DNA of 64,000 bases from an uncultured virus (IMG/VR IMGVR_UViG_3300045119_000497). Lineage: Duplodnaviria > Heunggongvirae > Uroviricota > Caudoviricetes. The stretch lies in IMG/VR virus record IMGVR_UViG_3300045119_000497; one strand, written 5' to 3'. Every line of letters starts with the position of its first letter. Positions within the stretch are counted from its first letter, which is position 1. This document shows, in pieces, positions 17,659-27,083 of the stretch. The notes beneath the pieces are model-generated. The model saw only the letters and a list, made by a program, of their open reading frames with translations. It was not told where the DNA came from and did no database searches. The position numbers and the translations under genes were made by a program.

Positions 17659-20619
17659 TCAAAAACTGCGAGGGGTTATGGTATTCGACCGAAGCGCATC
17701 CTTGACCATGTTGACCAGAACGCCCCGGTTGCCTCGGATCATTCGCTCGACCGCCGGGCCATCGTTCGCAATCCCATGAAGGTGGAAATGGAAGTCGTTG
17801 AGCCCCGGCGAGCCACCTTGACCTTGGTTCGCGATCAAGCCTTGCATTCCTTGACTGAGATTCGACGGCAGGACCATCTCCCTTGGATGAAGGATCGAAA
17901 GCTGTCCGCCACTGATTCCACCATAGGCAAAGGAAGGAACGATCATTCCCCTCGCGGCCGACGGAACTATCCCGCCTCTGGAGAGTGCGATGGTCGGTGC
18001 CCACTCAAGCCACGCGGCGTCGGCACCGATACCACCAGCAGCGGCACCGCCACCACCAAACAAGCCGCCGAAAAGGCTCTTGAGTCCACCAAACAGTCCG
18101 CCGGCGCTTCCAGCCGCCGAGATTCCCGACGCCCCTGACGATGTTCCCGAGGTAGCGAGAATTGCATGAAGTGTGGATGCGATATCCGTAAGCAAAGCGG
18201 TCTGCGTAGGACTCCCCAACCCAATCGCCGCGATGAGTTGCTGCCCAAGATACTCACCGATTCCTTCGCCACCTTTCGCTCCCGCCGCGGCCGCAACACC
18301 TTTCGACAACAGCGACCCGGCGAGACTAATCGTGGACTTCGTGACCGACTTTTCGATATCGAGCCAAGTCTGACGCATGTTTTTGCTTCGGTCGAGCAGT
18401 CCCGACAGGGCACTCTCAAAACCCGAACCGATCGAATCGAGCGCCTGCTTGATCGGCGTCGCCCACGCGTCGCGCACCTTCTGGTTCGCCGCGTCGATCT
18501 TCTCCGTAAGTTCGAGGTCCCTCGTCTTTGTCTTTATCCCAAGTTCCCAAGCGGCGATATAGAGCTTATGTTGACTCGCCGCGTCCTTGAGCGCGGTCGA
18601 TTCCAGCATCAGTTTGTCGATAATCTCCTTCTCAGCCGCCGCCATACGGTTGTTTTCTTGGATGTCAAAGCCGAACGCCTGCTGCGGTGAAATGTCCCGC
18701 TTCTTAACGAGGCTTTGCATTTCAGCTTCAAAGCCACGCAGAACATCTTCGTTGAGCCGACGCAACGTACCGGCGGTCGAAACTGCATCGTCGATTCGCT
18801 GCTGGTTCGCGTGGATTGTGGCCTTGTCAATCTCGGCCATCGCCTTGCGATAATCTGCGCTGTTCGCGGCGAAATGCTGCGCCGCTTTTGCGCGCCAATC
18901 AGCGATGATTTGATTGATCTTGTCCCAATCCCCGCGGGCCTCTTGAATGAGGTTCTTTTGTTCTTGGACGTAAGCGTTCCAGTCCTTGCGTGCCTCGGCC
19001 CCGGAGCCCTTTGGAATGTCAAAAGGAGAAATCTTTGGCTTGTTCGCACTAACAGTAACTTCAGGAAGCTCGGTCGGCGGAACGTTGACATCAAATCCAC
19101 GACGATTATATATCCCGCCTGGCTTATCTCCTGGCGGGGTTGCACTTATCAAGCCAAACGACATCTTATTAAGTAAAGACGAAATTCCCCTATCAATATC
19201 CGCCGACATCCTCATGAACGAGCCGGATATTGCGGCGATCGCCCCGCCCAATGCTTTTATGGTTTCAATAAGATTTAAAACACCCCCGGACATAAAATTT
19301 ATAGCATCCGACGCATTCAACTTCACGGTCATCCATTCCAGCGATACTTTATTAAGCCTCTCTCCCATCTCTATCAGTTTTTGGTTATTTCTCGCAGTAG
19401 CGTCGGCAAATGGCCCAGCCGCTTCAACTAATCGACGGAAACCGTCTGGACCCTTATCAATTAAGCGTGATATAGTCGCGTCACTACGATTGAATATCGC
19501 CTCCAACACCGCCGCGGCGTTTGTGCCGGTGGTGTCCATCTGATTAAATTTTTCGATGAAGGCAGCAAGTTGTCCAACGACATCGTTGCCTTTCGACTTT
19601 ATCGCGTCGAATGCGCCTGGAATTGCACCCAACGCCTTCGCGGACCGTGATGCTGGATTAGCCATCGCTTTTTCGATATTGCTGCCGAACGCTCGCAACG
19701 CTGCGTCCGCGTCGTTAGCTTTCGCTCCAGTCAATATCAACGCGCCCAGTAGACAGGCATAGTTCTTAACGCTCAGTCCGGCCGACTGGGCAGCGGCGGC
19801 CGTTTTCTCAGCAAGATCGCCCATTGATCTTGCCATGTGTTCGACGCCAATAGCAGCAACGCCAACGCCTGCGAGGCCGAGGCCGATTCCGACCGCCGGC
19901 CCAGGCGTCATGTCTGCCCGTTTGAACGCCGCGCCTATGCTCGCAGCCATTTGACCGCGCTGTCCGCGAGCCAGTTCATCACCAAACGTGACCATGGTTC
20001 GTGGGGTAAAGAATCTACTCCAAAATCCCTGCCCTGCAGCTTCGCCCTCTCTCTCGGCGTCTGCTTTTAGTTTTGCTAAAACACCAGCAAAATTACGTTG
20101 GGCAGCAATGGTTTGCGCAGAGTTAAAGAACCCCGACACCTCGCCGCGACGGCCACCAAAGGGATCACTTAATGCGGCGATTTGAAGCCGTCGTTGAAGA
20201 TCGTGCTCTCGGTTTGCCAACGCTTGGGTGGCTTGCAGGCGTTGAGTCGCCGCTTGTTGCGCCTGGATCGACCGGGTTTCTTGGTCCCGGCGATTCGAAA
20301 TCTGACTAGAAACGTCGATCTGTCGCTGAAGATCGTAGAGTCGATCTTTCTCAGCTTGGGACAGTTTCTTGGTAGCTTCCGTCGCTTGATTCGCCACGCT
20401 GACAGACGCCCGCAACGCGGCTATATTCGCTGCAATAGCGTCGGCAGTTTCGCGCACCGCACGATTCGAGGCCGTGACTATCCCGCCCCGCCGCGCCTCT
20501 TCAGCATTTATGGCTGCCAAAAGCGGCTGGAGTGACCGAAGCTGAGCCTCAAGTGCGCGGATCTGCGCCCGCGCCTGGGCGCCTTCCGCAGTTATGGTAA
20601 AGCGAACGTTATCGGACAT
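17659..20619 (-). CDS. Tape measure protein
   Basis: 986 aa, Ala/Gln-rich helical, Gly-rich C-terminus with GGIVP..HPREMVLP; upstream of the tail-tip genes. Confidence 0.88.
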   Translation of the reverse strand: MSDNVRFTITAEGAQARAQIRALEAQLRSLQPLLAAINAEEARRGGIVTASNRAVRETADAIAANIAALRASVSVANQATEATKKLSQAEKDRLYDLQRQIDVSSQISNRRDQETRSIQAQQAATQRLQATQALANREHDLQRRLQIAALSDPFGGRRGEVSGFFNSAQTIAAQRNFAGVLAKLKADAEREGEAAGQGFWSRFFTPRTMVTFGDELARGQRGQMAASIGAAFKRADMTPGPAVGIGLGLAGVGVAAIGVEHMARSMGDLAEKTAAAAQSAGLSVKNYACLLGALILTGAKANDADAALRAFGSNIEKAMANPASRSAKALGAIPGAFDAIKSKGNDVVGQLAAFIEKFNQMDTTGTNAAAVLEAIFNRSDATISRLIDKGPDGFRRLVEAAGPFADATARNNQKLIEMGERLNKVSLEWMTVKLNASDAINFMSGGVLNLIETIKALGGAIAAISGSFMRMSADIDRGISSLLNKMSFGLISATPPGDKPGGIYNRRGFDVNVPPTELPEVTVSANKPKISPFDIPKGSGAEARKDWNAYVQEQKNLIQEARGDWDKINQIIADWRAKAAQHFAANSADYRKAMAEIDKATIHANQQRIDDAVSTAGTLRRLNEDVLRGFEAEMQSLVKKRDISPQQAFGFDIQENNRMAAAEKEIIDKLMLESTALKDAASQHKLYIAAWELGIKTKTRDLELTEKIDAANQKVRDAWATPIKQALDSIGSGFESALSGLLDRSKNMRQTWLDIEKSVTKSTISLAGSLLSKGVAAAAGAKGGEGIGEYLGQQLIAAIGLGSPTQTALLTDIASTLHAILATSGTSSGASGISAAGSAGGLFGGLKSLFGGLFGGGGAAAGGIGADAAWLEWAPTIALSRGGIVPSAARGMIVPSFAYGGISGGQLSILHPREMVLPSNLSQGMQGLIANQGQGGSPGLNDFHFHLHGIANDGPAVERMIRGNRGVLVNMVKDALRSNTITPRSF

Positions 20620-21037
20620 TGAGGGCCTCCGTTACCGCAAAGTCCAATTCAGCGAGAATCCAGGGTTTCGATTCACGCAGAAGTCGCTCAACCATCGGCG
20701 CGCCCTTCAAATATGGATGGCGAGTGACTTGACGAGCAAACACCAATTGACCTTCTTTCGTCACGAATTTAAGAAGTCGGGCTTTGGACGGAAAGATTGA
20801 ATAGACCCCCGGCTTCGTCTGAACCTCCACGAACCCGATGACCGTGCTTCCCTGGTCCTCCACCCCCGACTGGATAAACCCTGGATCGAGGTACTTTCCC
20901 GGAACTTTCGAAAAGAGTTCCGCCCGAAGCGTGGCGAAGATTTGCTCGAATTTCTCGTGAAGCGCCAAACGGATTCGTGCGGGAATTTGGTCGAGGCGAA
21001 ACAGAACCTCGTCTGCATAGACCGTAATTTCGATCAC
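20609..21037 (-). CDS. Tail completion/neck protein (HK97 gp10-like)
   Basis: IFPSKARLLKF..VFARQVTRHPY pattern. Confidence 0.6.
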   Translation of the reverse strand: MIEITVYADEVLFRLDQIPARIRLALHEKFEQIFATLRAELFSKVPGKYLDPGFIQSGVEDQGSTVIGFVEVQTKPGVYSIFPSKARLLKFVTKEGQLVFARQVTRHPYLKGAPMVERLLRESKPWILAELDFAVTEALNVR

Positions 21038-21348
21038 TGATCGGCCTTCTTCATCGTCGAGAGTTGCTCAAACGCCACAATCATGTCCGCCATCCGCCGA
21101 GTGTTTTCGAGCGCCTTCTTCCTCGACGCTGAGGGAGACTTGTATTCAAGATAAGCCGCGACGAGCCAGTCCGCCGGCGGATTCTCTTGCCACGCCTCAT
21201 GATAGCGTTGATACCACTTGAGCGTGAACGTGCGCTTGATTACGAAGGGATCGCCGGCGCAGACGCCTCGGATTCCGAGTTCGGCGACGAGCTTGTCGAC
21301 GTCCCAGTCCCAGGGCTCGCCTCCTCGCCCGCCGCCAGCTCTTCCCCC
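21034..21348 (-). CDS. Frameshifted tail assembly chaperone extension (gpGT-like, -1 frame)
   Basis: -1 frame after G-GGG-GAA is open to a TGA at 21034 and reads ...WDWDVDKLVAEL...WQENPPADWLVAAYLEYK... Confidence 0.75.
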   Translation of the reverse strand, partial: GGRAGGGRGGEPWDWDVDKLVAELGIRGVCAGDPFVIKRTFTLKWYQRYHEAWQENPPADWLVAAYLEYKSPSASRKKALENTRRMADMIVAFEQLSTMKKADQ

Positions 21349-21674
21349 GACGGCAGGAACCCACTCACCCGCAGGAGTTCGCCCATGGATTCGATTAGGC
21401 CGCCGATCTCCGAGAACGAGCAGGACTTCACCAAAACATCGAGGGTGAGTTCGGGCCGATCATCGGCAACACACGCCGCCACGATCGAACACACATGCCG
21501 GGCATAGGCGACCGAATCCAGGCCGGGCGAAAGGGCCTGAATGTCCTCCTTGCAGACCTCCAGGACGTAGAGCGTAAGCGCAGGAACGGCAATATCCACC
21601 CCACCGATGCGGAAATTTGCCGTTTCGGTCGAACGCGATGGAAGAGGCGGGTGGCTTCCATTTGTCTTGGCCAT
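21240..21674 (-). CDS. Tail assembly chaperone (gpG-like)
   Basis: Between tail tube and tape measure genes; contains slippery GGGGGAA at 21342-21348. Confidence 0.8.
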   Translation of the reverse strand: MAKTNGSHPPLPSRSTETANFRIGGVDIAVPALTLYVLEVCKEDIQALSPGLDSVAYARHVCSIVAACVADDRPELTLDVLVKSCSFSEIGGLIESMGELLRVSGFLPSGEELAAGEEASPGTGTSTSSSPNSESEASAPAIPS

Positions 21675-21689
21675 GATAAGACACTCTCT

Positions 21690-22433
21690 TTAGGTTGCGG
21701 AGTTCCAGGTTCCGATGTTCCCGCCTGCGTCGGCGAACGCCGAGAAATCAAGATCCTCGATCACGTAGTCGTCGATTCGAGTCGGGAACGTAAGGCGCGA
21801 ACTGACGCACTTATTCAGGACGAGAACGACCTGGTTGCCCTCGAACTGCTGAAAGAGCGTGGCTTTGAACGTGGGTGTGTTGCCCATCAACGGGTTGCCG
21901 ATCGCAATGTTCTGGCCCGTCGAAACGTGATAGGTGTAGTTGACCAGAATGCCCTGACTGGCGTCGAAGGTCGAGAACGAATAGACGCCGGTGGACGCCA
22001 CGAACGCATACTGGCCCGCCGTCGACGGCCCCGAACTCACCGCGGTGAGTTGATTTCCGGTCGTGACGTAGAAAACCCCTTGGTCGAGAAGGGGCGTCGA
22101 GGCGGAGTTCGCAACCGTATAGCTCGCCGCGCCAGTGCCGAGCGTCGTGGACTCGTTCCAGGCGTATTTGAGCTGACCCGACGAGAGCGTCTGACCAAAG
22201 AAAAGCTCGTTGAACATGATGGCCTTGATCTCGGCAACTTTCGCCTTGCCGCTGATCTTGGTCTTACCACGCGCCGCGTCGATTGGAAATTGCTGCGTAG
22301 CATGGAGTTCCTTAATATCCCCGGTCCATTCCACCGCAACGTCCTGGAGCGCACCGAAGCGAATCGGAGTGTTCGTCCCGGCGGTGTCCGTTCGGAGCCC
22401 GGTCAGAACGCCGGAGCCAAAACCAAATTCCAT
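21690..22433 (-). CDS. Major tail tube protein
   Basis: MEFGFGSG..FGALQDVAVE..ARGK..DDYVIEDLDFSAFAD; position before the chaperones. Confidence 0.85.
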   Translation of the reverse strand: MEFGFGSGVLTGLRTDTAGTNTPIRFGALQDVAVEWTGDIKELHATQQFPIDAARGKTKISGKAKVAEIKAIMFNELFFGQTLSSGQLKYAWNESTTLGTGAASYTVANSASTPLLDQGVFYVTTGNQLTAVSSGPSTAGQYAFVASTGVYSFSTFDASQGILVNYTYHVSTGQNIAIGNPLMGNTPTFKATLFQQFEGNQVVLVLNKCVSSRLTFPTRIDDYVIEDLDFSAFADAGGNIGTWNSAT

Positions 22434-22439
22434 CGTAAG

Positions 22440-22649
22440 TTACTCCTTCTTTCCGAGTTCCGTTTCGAGATAATTCCGCAGGAGCGGCAGGACGGCGCCC
22501 AGGTGATTCCACGCCTCGACGGCGCCCGAGATCGGCGAATTGCGCACGTGGTTATTGACCCACGTCGAAGAGGCATTGGACCAGGCTTCGTCCGAAATGA
22601 CCGACGACGTTGTGGCAGGCTTCTGGGCTTGGGTCGATTGATCGCTCAC
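22440..22649 (-). CDS. hypothetical protein
   Basis: AGGAG RBS, GTG start. Confidence 0.55.
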   Translation of the reverse strand: MSDQSTQAQKPATTSSVISDEAWSNASSTWVNNHVRNSPISGAVEAWNHLGAVLPLLRNYLETELGKKE

Positions 22650-22658
22650 AACTTTCTC

Positions 22659-23138
22659 CTACGGTAAGAGGATTCGAACGGGGAGGACCAGAAGCGCCTG
22701 GCCATCAATGTCGCCGGGATCGCGAATGAACATGCCCTCGTCACGGGTGATCCGGCACCAATAGCAAAGACCGCCAAGGGTAAGTTCGTTTCGAGTCGGA
22801 TCATCCGGGGCGAGTGCCCCCTCAAGCGCCGACTCCATGATGTCGAGCAAATCGTCCCCGACGATCCCCTCGGGTGTCGGCGCGTAGCACCAGAACCCCA
22901 TATCGAGATAGCGTCGAGTGAGGCGCCCCACGCCACCCGTTATGTAGCCTTCGCGGTGTTGGACCAGAAACATCGCTGGCTGCGCTCCCGGATCGACCGC
23001 ATTGAAGAGCTTGAGTCGGCGTGACGGGGCTTGCGCCCAGGTGGAGAACCCGTTGACGGTCGGTGAGAACGTGACGTTCGTCCCAAGTGTCATGAGGGCG
23101 TTCTTGATTGCCGCGCGATTGACTGGAAGCCCCGACAT
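22659..23138 (-). CDS. Tail terminator/completion protein
   Basis: SRRLKLF..QPAMF..TLGGLCYWCRI..PGDIDGQA; position upstream of the tube gene. Confidence 0.7.
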   Translation of the reverse strand: MSGLPVNRAAIKNALMTLGTNVTFSPTVNGFSTWAQAPSRRLKLFNAVDPGAQPAMFLVQHREGYITGGVGRLTRRYLDMGFWCYAPTPEGIVGDDLLDIMESALEGALAPDDPTRNELTLGGLCYWCRITRDEGMFIRDPGDIDGQALLVLPVRILLP

Positions 23139-23560
23139 TAACCACCCACGTAGTCGAAGCGGATTTCGTCAATGATGATCTCAACCTTCCAACCCCGCAC
23201 CAACACACCGTCGAGATACTCAGCCATCGCCGGCTCACGCCACGCAGAAGGATGGTTGGGATCGACTTGCGCGTAGAGATAGCGATCGACGCTCCGGTCG
23301 GCGGGGCCGAGGACGACGTGACTCAAGTCGGGACGCAAGTGGCGTGGGAGCCGGCCTGGATCGGTTTGCGACGCCAACCAAACACACTCGAACTGATCGC
23401 AGGCGGCAAGTTCGGGCGCAGTGGACTTCTCACAATGCCTTGCACAGCCACCGTGAACGCCAGTGTGTTCACACAACATGCGGGCGGGCTTGTGAATGTC
23501 GGGCACTGCCAGAAGCTCGCAGCAGAGCCTACACGGTCCGCAACCAAGGATCTCAGCCAC
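23138..23560 (-). CDS. CxxCxxCC cysteine-cluster protein (YkgJ-like)
   Basis: CGPCRLCC..C..C..C..FECVWL..RPD; GTG start at 23560. Confidence 0.75.
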   Translation of the reverse strand: MAEILGCGPCRLCCELLAVPDIHKPARMLCEHTGVHGGCARHCEKSTAPELAACDQFECVWLASQTDPGRLPRHLRPDLSHVVLGPADRSVDRYLYAQVDPNHPSAWREPAMAEYLDGVLVRGWKVEIIIDEIRFDYVGG

Positions 23561-23888
23561 CGATCGTCTCCGCGTCAGGAACGGTGTGATTGGGCATAAA
23601 CACCCCACCTGGACTCATATGTCGCGCATCGACATGCTTGGTGACGAGCCCCGGAAACGCCCGGATCACGTCCTTGATCGTTTCGGCCCTCACGCCCGCC
23701 GGCTCGATCATCGCAACGACCGACGCTAGGTGATTGAGAAGCATTTCGATAACGTCGCTCGCCGGCACGCCGACCTTGAGCGCCTCTCGCTCGCCGGCGG
23801 CGATTGCGTGGTTGAGGGGATCGAGGACGAACTTACCGAGATTCGTTGGGATTTTCGCCGCAACATCAGTCACAGAACCATTGGCCAT
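23553..23888 (-). CDS. hypothetical protein
   Basis: AAGGA RBS; in operon. Confidence 0.6.
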   Translation of the reverse strand: MANGSVTDVAAKIPTNLGKFVLDPLNHAIAAGEREALKVGVPASDVIEMLLNHLASVVAMIEPAGVRAETIKDVIRAFPGLVTKHVDARHMSPGGVFMPNHTVPDAETIGG

Positions 23889-23900
23889 GATTCAGATTCC

Positions 23901-24080
23901 TTACCATCCTGCGAACGGGCTGCCCTTGGCCATAACGCCAAGTAGGCCGAGCATGATCCAGAGATAGAAATGCAAGCCGAACGGTCGGTAGTTCGGCTCC
24001 TGATTCGGCGGATAGATCCACATTCCGACGAATAGCAGAACGAGCCACATGACCCAGAAGACCAAAGTCGGCGTTATCAT
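23901..24080 (-). CDS. Small two-TM membrane protein (59 aa, not in ORF track)
   Basis: Hand-translated MITPTLVFWVMWLVLLFVGMWIYPPNQEPNYRPFGLHFYLWIMLGLLGVMAKGSPFAGW; AGGAG RBS; ATGA coupling. Confidence 0.65.
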   Translation of the reverse strand: MITPTLVFWVMWLVLLFVGMWIYPPNQEPNYRPFGLHFYLWIMLGLLGVMAKGSPFAGW

Positions 24081-24949
24081 ACTGGTGCTCCTATTGCTGG
24101 AGGAAGGACGCTCACATAGTCACCAAGAACGTCCTTGACATAGCGGGTGATTCCACCCAAGTCGTAGGCGATCGTTTCCTGTCCGGCGAGCGATTGGCTG
24201 CGAATGCCGATGCGGCTTCGATACGACGCTCGCTCGGAGATAAGTTCGATGCAGGCCTGCTCTAGATCCGCAGGGATGAACCCATACGTGAGCGAAACTT
24301 GCTGCCCAGTGTCGGCCGCAGCGAACAAGTACGTGAGCCGGGGCGTCGAGGCCGTTGGGTCGGGCGGAAGATACTCCCCCATCGCCGGTGTTCCACTCGC
24401 AATGGCGGTCATCGCCACGCCGGTCGCAACATCTATGACCCCTTGGTCGGTCGCCCACGACCCAAACGGGATCTTCGGACTGACGGTATACGGTGTCGCA
24501 GGGATGGTTTGTGTCTCGTCAGCGACCTGGTAGCCCGCCGAGTACGCCGCAACGACATTCTGAAGACCCCCATAGAAGGACGTTCCAATCAAGTCGAGCA
24601 CCGCCGGCGAGCCAGGCGGAACCCCGTTCCAAGGCTGGAAACGGTATCCATACGGGGCCGTCAAAGGATTGTTCCCGTCCATTTGCGGCGCAATCGAAAT
24701 CGCCACTCCGTCCACGGTCAGGGACGAGAGCGTAATCAGAGGCCACTCCGGTAGAACAAGCTGGCGAGTCCACTGACCGCTGAATTGCTGAACATAGCTC
24801 GTCGGCACGAGCAAGTTCCGGTTGAGTGCCGAGCGAATTTGGGCGCTGATCCGTGTGATGAGCCCAGACAAAACGGGGTCCGGAGGCGGATTCGACATGT
24901 ACGCCTTCGCCACCGCCAAGGTGGTGAGATCCCCGCTGGCGAGACTCAT
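24077..24949 (-). CDS. Head-tail connector/adaptor
   Basis: DLTTLAVAKAY..NVVAAYSAGY..IPADLEQACIEL..SQSLAGQET. Confidence 0.8.
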   Translation of the reverse strand: MSLASGDLTTLAVAKAYMSNPPPDPVLSGLITRISAQIRSALNRNLLVPTSYVQQFSGQWTRQLVLPEWPLITLSSLTVDGVAISIAPQMDGNNPLTAPYGYRFQPWNGVPPGSPAVLDLIGTSFYGGLQNVVAAYSAGYQVADETQTIPATPYTVSPKIPFGSWATDQGVIDVATGVAMTAIASGTPAMGEYLPPDPTASTPRLTYLFAAADTGQQVSLTYGFIPADLEQACIELISERASYRSRIGIRSQSLAGQETIAYDLGGITRYVKDVLGDYVSVLPPAIGAPV

Positions 24950-25302
24950 TTCTTGTCTTTCGCCTCGGCGTCGGCAAGTTTTTTCTTGAGCCCCTCGACC
25001 TCAAGCTTGAGGGCAACGTTTTCCGTCCGCAGGGCGTCCCGTTCCATCTCCATTGCATCGGCCCGCGTTTGGAGCCCAACGATGGTAGTGTCGCGCTCCG
25101 GGTCGGCCTGGGGCAGGTCGGGTAAATCGGTGCCCTCGGGGGCTGTCGTCAACGCCGCAAAGCCAGTCTCGCCGAGAATCGCCGGCGCGAAATGGTCCGG
25201 CGCACGAAAGTACGCCACACCGGCTTTGTCGGTGAATTCCGGACCGAACTCTTGCCCAGCGACAGAGATGCCGCCGACACCGTCAGGAAGTTTGAACCAC
25301 AT
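24946..25302 (-). CDS. hypothetical head-associated protein
   Basis: GGAG RBS; C-terminal coiled coil; follows the capsid gene. Confidence 0.65.
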   Translation of the reverse strand: MWFKLPDGVGGISVAGQEFGPEFTDKAGVAYFRAPDHFAPAILGETGFAALTTAPEGTDLPDLPQADPERDTTIVGLQTRADAMEMERDALRTENVALKLEVEGLKKKLADAEAKDKK

Positions 25303-25335
25303 TGAAATTCTCCATAGTTGGCCATGTTAGGCGGA

Positions 25336-25368
25336 GTATGCCTAAGGGGGCAACCCCCGAAGACATAC
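25336..25368 (-). terminator. Stem-loop downstream of the major capsid gene (weak terminator or stabiliser)
   Basis: GTATGTCT..GGGGG-TTG-CCCCC..AGGCATAC inverted repeat; no clear U-tract. Confidence 0.4.
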
Positions 25369-25394
25369 CCCGTCCACCCGTTCCCGTTCCCAGC

Positions 25395-27047
25395 TTAGAA
25401 AACGGGATTGCCCGCCGGGCTGTTGACGTTGTTGATGACGGCGAAGCCCGGCGCGAAGTAGACCGGGAAGCCCTCGTCGACATAGACACCATACTCGTAG
25501 CGTCGGCTGCGCCAGGGCCACTGGATCTGGTAGTAGTCCTGCCGAACCTTCGCCTCGATGATGTTCCCGACCCCCGAGACCTCGTAGGGCATCTTGTCCG
25601 ACCAAAAGAGGATCGTGCCGGGTGGCAGGAACGGATGCGTTTCGATGTCCAAGACCTTGTTCGTGAACTTGTTCATGTACGAGGTGACTTTTCGCCCCGC
25701 AACGATCCGCCCCGTCGCCTCGTCGGCGTCGAACAGGATTCGATAGTTGTTCGCCGACGACGCCTGGTTGAGCATGGCGCCGAACGTATTCTGCATGTCC
25801 GTTGCGGACATCATAATCCGGTCGTAGCCGAGCTTGTATTGTTCCCACGCTGCGCGGAACACGGCGTCGAACTCGTTGATCGTCGAACCGGCGATCGTCA
25901 AACCCGTGTTGCCGTTCGCCATCGTGTAGGTGATGGCGCCGGAGGCGGCGAATGTGATGCCGGACGGGGTCAATGGGTTCGTCGACATCGCCCGCCCAGG
26001 ATCAGGGCCAGTGACAGCGCCGAACAATTGCGTCAACACACCATCCTGCGTCAACAGGTTGGTCGAATTGTCCTGCGGGCTGCCGCTGACGTAGAGGCTT
26101 GACAGGGGCTGCGCGGTCGCGGCCGGAACGCTTTGGAAGATCGCACGGTTCGACGGCGTGATCCCTGCCAGATACATGGTTGAGGGCGAGGCGGCAGTGG
26201 TGCCCAAATACCACGCATAGGCCATCGCGCCCGTGACCGGCGTGACGGTTGCCGTGATGCACTCGGTGCCAGTGGGGGTCGTGGTTGCGATCGCAGACGG
26301 GGCGGCCGAGCCCCCACCGAAGGTGTCCGATGTACCGTCGGCGTTGACCTTCGTAACCTGCCCCGGCACGCCGCCGGTGAGCGTGGTGCTGTTGTAGGTT
26401 TTGTAGTTGAGGTAGCCGAACCCGGCGAGGGCGACGCACGCAACGTACGTTGCCCCCGAGAAGGTTCCCGTCGCGCCGGCCACTGCTCCGTGGACGAGCG
26501 TGGGCGTCGGGGTCGTTCCCAGCGGCAACGCGGAGTTGCCGACGACCAGGATCGCCTCCTCGTTGATCCGAAGCGAACGAAGCGTGGCCTGGACGGCGAG
26601 GCCGAGAACCTCCGGACTCAAGTTCCGAGCGCCAAGACGCGCCTCGAACGTGGTCGAGGATTCGAGCCCAAGGGTCTTGAACTTCGCGAGCATGTCCTGC
26701 TCGCCGAGGGCGATCCGCGCGCCGCGATTGCCTTCACTAACGCCGGCACTCACGCCCCCGACGTTGATCCCGGTGATTCGCTTCCAATGGAAGGCATTGC
26801 CACCGTCGCCGGCCGTACGCGGAAGACGCGACAAAAGCGGGATCAGTTCGCGGTAGGGATAGACCTGTTGGATGATCCGGGACAGGTCGTACCAGAGAAG
26901 GTTCGTGCTCTGGGCGATCGTGTCGGCCTTGGTGAGGGCCTCCAGACGCTTCGACAATTTTTCGATAAACCGTTCGTCTGCGAGAAGACCGTTGGCGAAC
27001 GTGTTCCCGCCCCCCAACAGCGCCGCAGCCAGTTCATTTCCGTTCAT
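25395..27047 (-). CDS. Major capsid protein (HK97-fold, with Thr/Ala-rich insertion)
   Basis: Follows protease/scaffold; YDL..PLLSRLPR, VSEGNRG, HPFLPPGT, YEYGVYVDE; strong codon bias. Confidence 0.88.
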   Translation of the reverse strand: MNGNELAAALLGGGNTFANGLLADERFIEKLSKRLEALTKADTIAQSTNLLWYDLSRIIQQVYPYRELIPLLSRLPRTAGDGGNAFHWKRITGINVGGVSAGVSEGNRGARIALGEQDMLAKFKTLGLESSTTFEARLGARNLSPEVLGLAVQATLRSLRINEEAILVVGNSALPLGTTPTPTLVHGAVAGATGTFSGATYVACVALAGFGYLNYKTYNSTTLTGGVPGQVTKVNADGTSDTFGGGSAAPSAIATTTPTGTECITATVTPVTGAMAYAWYLGTTAASPSTMYLAGITPSNRAIFQSVPAATAQPLSSLYVSGSPQDNSTNLLTQDGVLTQLFGAVTGPDPGRAMSTNPLTPSGITFAASGAITYTMANGNTGLTIAGSTINEFDAVFRAAWEQYKLGYDRIMMSATDMQNTFGAMLNQASSANNYRILFDADEATGRIVAGRKVTSYMNKFTNKVLDIETHPFLPPGTILFWSDKMPYEVSGVGNIIEAKVRQDYYQIQWPWRSRRYEYGVYVDEGFPVYFAPGFAVINNVNSPAGNPVF

Positions 27048-27083
27048 CTACGTTCTCCTGAAAGAAGTTGCCTGCGTCCCGCC

